Virus record (IMG/VR): IMGVR_UViG_3300034101_000486
Coordinates: 1 to 58,016 of that record
Strand: one strand, 5' to 3'
Origin: a virus
Lineage: Duplodnaviria; Caudoviricetes
Length of the DNA: 58,016 nucleotides
The notes under the pieces were generated by a model. The model saw only the letters and a program-made list of their open reading frames with translations. It made no database searches and was not told the DNA's origin. How positions within the stretch are numbered: the stretch's first letter is position 1; the number at the start of each line of letters is the position of its first letter. The translations under genes were made by a program, and so were the position numbers. Below are positions 55,446 through 58,016 of the stretch, piece by piece.

Positions 55446-55859
55446 TTAGTTGCTAGTGGCGTAAGTCTTGAGACACTCAAGGACGATACTATACATGTCG
55501 CCCGCAGAGGCGTCTCTCGTGGTGAACAACACGTCACCGGTTTTACCTGCACCGGCATTGTTTGGAATACCACCAAAAGACGAAAAGTCCATCAGGTAGT
55601 TTGAGTTTTGCGGAATCTGCCAAACGAATACATCGGTCGTGGCGTCCCAAAGAATTTGGACTTCCATACCGTGTGTAGTTCCGTAAATCTTGTTCAGCTT
55701 GACGCCGTTACAAGCCAGACCGAACGAGTTAGGGTTCAGCGTTGAGACGTCAATTTTGATGACACCGGTTTCACCAGTGCCGTCTGAAAAATTTGTAAAT
55801 TTGGCGATGAACAGGCGCTCACCGTCAAGAATTGTTTGCGAAGCTACTGCGTCAGCCAT
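55446..55859 (-). CDS. Conserved virion protein (MADAVASQTI.DG family)
   Basis: SD AAGGAG; SDGTGE, FGGIPNNAG.GKTGD. Confidence 0.7.
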   Translation of the reverse strand: MADAVASQTILDGERLFIAKFTNFSDGTGETGVIKIDVSTLNPNSFGLACNGVKLNKIYGTTHGMEVQILWDATTDVFVWQIPQNSNYLMDFSSFGGIPNNAGAGKTGDVLFTTRDASAGDMYSIVLECLKTYATSN

Positions 55860-55871
55860 GTTTATCTCCTT

Positions 55872-55895
55872 AAAATGAGGGGGCGAACCCCCTCA
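55872..55895 (-). terminator. Intrinsic terminator
   Basis: TGAGGGGG-TTCG-CCCCCTCA then TTTT. Confidence 0.75.
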
Positions 55896-55897
55896 AT

Positions 55898-56386
55898 TTA
55901 GCTAGCTTGTGTGAAAGTGATACCAGCGGCGGCGGCGCACATGCCGTAAGCGAACCAGCTAGTACCGTCGCTGATCACCGTGACTGTGTCACCGGCAACG
56001 GCTTGACCGTCAACAAAAGAGATAGTGTCATCAGCAGTACCTGTGTCGCCAGCAACACCGGCAGCGTTAACAGCTTGACCTTTGATGATGTTAGCGCTAG
56101 AGGCGGTAACAACAGTGTAGCTCGCTCCAGAAGGTGCAGCACCCACGATGAATCTGTAAGTCAAACCGGCAGCGGGTGCGGGCAGGGTTGTTGCGAATTC
56201 AGTAGCTGCGCTCAAGAAGAACGTAGTACCGGATTGAGCGGCTGTCAAGGTAGAAGCAGCGGCTAAGGTCGTAACGGCGACAGCGCCAGTCACATTACCG
56301 GTTACGTTGCCGGTCACATTGCCGGTCAAGTTACCGATAAAACCATTGGTGGACGTTACTGGTCCGGAGAAGGTAGTAGAAGCCAT
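55898..56386 (-). CDS. Putative capsid fibre/decoration protein
   Basis: MASTTFSGPV start, (GNVT)n repeat, TLPA..AGL; directly after capsid gene. Confidence 0.65.
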   Translation of the reverse strand: MASTTFSGPVTSTNGFIGNLTGNVTGNVTGNVTGAVAVTTLAAASTLTAAQSGTTFFLSAATEFATTLPAPAAGLTYRFIVGAAPSGASYTVVTASSANIIKGQAVNAAGVAGDTGTADDTISFVDGQAVAGDTVTVISDGTSWFAYGMCAAAAGITFTQAS

Positions 56387-56394
56387 TTTAAAAT

Positions 56395-56475
56395 TCCTCT
56401 CATGCGAGTAAAAGTGAAGTGTCTGTCTGCATGACGTCAGCTGGGACTGTCAGACACTCCGGAAAAACCCAGAAA
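56395..56475 (-). ncRNA. Candidate structured cis-regulatory RNA with possible pseudoknots
   Basis: 10-bp stem plus two extra complementary pairs, one adjacent to the SD (see findings). Confidence 0.45.
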
Positions 56476-56476
56476 T

Positions 56477-56509
56477 ATAAAGAGGGGGACTTGAGTCCCC
56501 CGCCTTTAT
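56477..56509 (-). terminator. Terminator-like hairpin after major capsid gene
   Basis: GGGGGAC-TCAA-GTCCCCC extended by ATAAAG/CTTTAT, followed by U-rich tract. Confidence 0.7.
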
Positions 56510-57423
56510 TAAACGCCAGCAGTACCGTACACGCCACGTGGGTCAGTCCAACCCACTGTGTAACGCTCAGTAGCTTTGTAGCGCATAGAGTCAGTCTCGA
56601 AGTCGCCTTCCATAGACTTCTCCAAGCCGCGACGCATCAACAACTTCAAGCCTTCAGGCGCATCGGTCTGCACCCACCATGCGGTAGATGAAGTGATACG
56701 AGACAAGTTGGCTTGACCTTCAGCCAGCAAGCCCATGGACTTAACTGGGTTGATGTCGTTGTCAGCTGTACCGGCGCGGAGGGCGCTCTTCAACAGAACT
56801 TCGGCTTGGAACACGTTAGAAGGACCGGAAACGATCTTCTTAGGTGTCAAACGGATACGCTTACCGTTGTTGTCAACAGCGTTGCGGATCTGAATGAGCA
56901 TCTGCTCAAGCGAGGTTTGTGACAAGTTAGCGGGCGTGGTCAGCTGATTGCTGAACGTGCCGTTAACGATGGGGTGGGCACTGTTAGTCAACGACACGCC
57001 GTCACCGCCAACATACGCGCCGTTGAAAGCGCGATTCAAGATGTTAGCAGAGAGGGTTTCCTTAGTCTCAATCAAAGACTGCGCCAAGTGCTTGGCGTAG
57101 GTCTGACCGATACGGATGTGGTCGCCGTCCTCAACCAAGACCTTGGTCAAGCTGAATGCCAGACCGTAGACTTTGTAGAGGTAACGCTGCAAGAACAACA
57201 CGCCACCAGACTGGTAAGAAACAGCCATACCGTCGGGCAACTCAGGCGCTGCGCCAAAACCATAAAGAACGGGTTCTTCATGGTAGTTGCGAGGAATGCC
57301 TTTTTGCTCGCGGAAGACCATCTTCCACTCGTCAGCGCGTTGGTCATAAACGCCATCGAACACTTCGTTGAGGATAGGCTCAACTACGGATCTAAAGTCC
57401 GTACTACGCATTGGGGTAGCCAT
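56509..57423 (-). CDS. Major capsid protein
   Basis: 304 aa, strong SD and terminator; FG.AP...DG..V.Y, GGDGV.L...AHP, MEGDFET..MRYKATERY..GW.DPRG. Confidence 0.88.
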   Translation of the reverse strand: MATPMRSTDFRSVVEPILNEVFDGVYDQRADEWKMVFREQKGIPRNYHEEPVLYGFGAAPELPDGMAVSYQSGGVLFLQRYLYKVYGLAFSLTKVLVEDGDHIRIGQTYAKHLAQSLIETKETLSANILNRAFNGAYVGGDGVSLTNSAHPIVNGTFSNQLTTPANLSQTSLEQMLIQIRNAVDNNGKRIRLTPKKIVSGPSNVFQAEVLLKSALRAGTADNDINPVKSMGLLAEGQANLSRITSSTAWWVQTDAPEGLKLLMRRGLEKSMEGDFETDSMRYKATERYTVGWTDPRGVYGTAGV

Positions 57424-57436
57424 AATTTAGCCCTCC

Positions 57437-58016
57437 TTAAACAGAATTCACAGCAGCTTTGTAGTGGTGTTCGTTGATACGAACAGACACAACTACATAC
57501 GCGTCAGTGAGGGAGTCAGTGATTTCATATCCAAAGCCAGTGATCTGGAATTGACCAGAAGTAGCTTGAATGGCGGTCAGGTAAGTGTTTGACAAACCTG
57601 TTTGTGTTGAGCCGCCTGGAGAGGCGACTGTCCAATCACATTCTTCGCCGACAGCTGTTTGCACAGTTGTACCAGCGGAAGGATTGTTGTATTGAACATC
57701 AAACAGCGTTTCAGGGTCATCATACACCCAAGCCGTAATCTCCGTACCAGTCGTGCCAGAAGGCCAGAAAGGAGAGATTGAAGGCTTGCCGGTGGCGTCC
57801 AAATACTGCACACCTGCGAAGATGCCCAGCAAAGAAACTCCATCGGTTGTGCCTGAACGAGTACCGTCAGACGTGCCGAGTTGAATAACGCCGTTATCAG
57901 TCAACTTAACGGGGTCACCGCTGAAGATGTTGGCTGCGTAGGTGCTAGCGATTACATAGGCTTTCGGGCGCATCTGACCACTGTTGTGGTAAGACGCACG
58001 GAAGCCAAAGGGTGCG
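57437..58016 (-). CDS. Capsid cement/decoration-type protein (5'-partial)
   Basis: Frame stays open past the ORF-track Met to the window end (APFGFRASYHNSGQMRPKAY...IFSGDPV...V.DDP..LF.VQ); immediately upstream of MCP. Confidence 0.7.
   Translation of the reverse strand, partial: APFGFRASYHNSGQMRPKAYVIASTYAANIFSGDPVKLTDNGVIQLGTSDGTRSGTTDGVSLLGIFAGVQYLDATGKPSISPFWPSGTTGTEITAWVYDDPETLFDVQYNNPSAGTTVQTAVGEECDWTVASPGGSTQTGLSNTYLTAIQATSGQFQITGFGYEITDSLTDAYVVVSVRINEHHYKAAVNSV

Noticed and set aside
1-58016. Prophage/temperate lifestyle or alternative genetic code
   Set aside because: No integrase, repressor or host genes; genes are full length under the standard code with dense packing.

Overview
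The window is almost the whole genome of a lytic, podovirus-like dsDNA tailed phage (Caudoviricetes), cut inside the head operon so that both ends lie in partial genes. There is no integrase, repressor, RNA polymerase, tRNA or tape-measure/tail-tube gene; sigma70-type promoters suggest a proteobacterial host (inference). Minus strand 1-16.5 kb: scaffold, GroES, portal, a 979-aa multidomain protein, TerL, MazG, TerS, a repeat-rich intergenic region, small genes, primase-helicase and SF2 helicase. Plus strand 16.7-30.3 kb: early genes, then a translationally coupled thymidine-hypermodification operon (PLP enzyme, clade-2 amino acid:DNA transferase, P-loop kinase, clade-1 aGPT-Pplase, dUMP hydroxymethylase), HD hydrolase, DUF3310, family B DNA polymerase, Sak4/SSB/Cas4-like exonuclease and RuvC. 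Minus strand 30.3-58 kb: ejection proteins, tail hub/adaptors, lysis genes, LamG and Gly-rich fibres, major capsid protein. Most notable: (1) the T-hypermodification cluster has two transferases plus a PLP enzyme but no radical-SAM gene; (2) the T-free sites GGCC and CCSGG are purged genome-wide, with GGCC surviving almost only as TGGCCA; (3) a recurrent [YFWM]A-x-GG-x-V peptide punctuates four unrelated virion-associated proteins; (4) several non-coding elements: a possible double-pseudoknot RNA after the capsid gene, covarying RBS hairpins and a GAACGATTA repeat cluster. All calls come from manual motif recognition; no searches or counts were run computationally.
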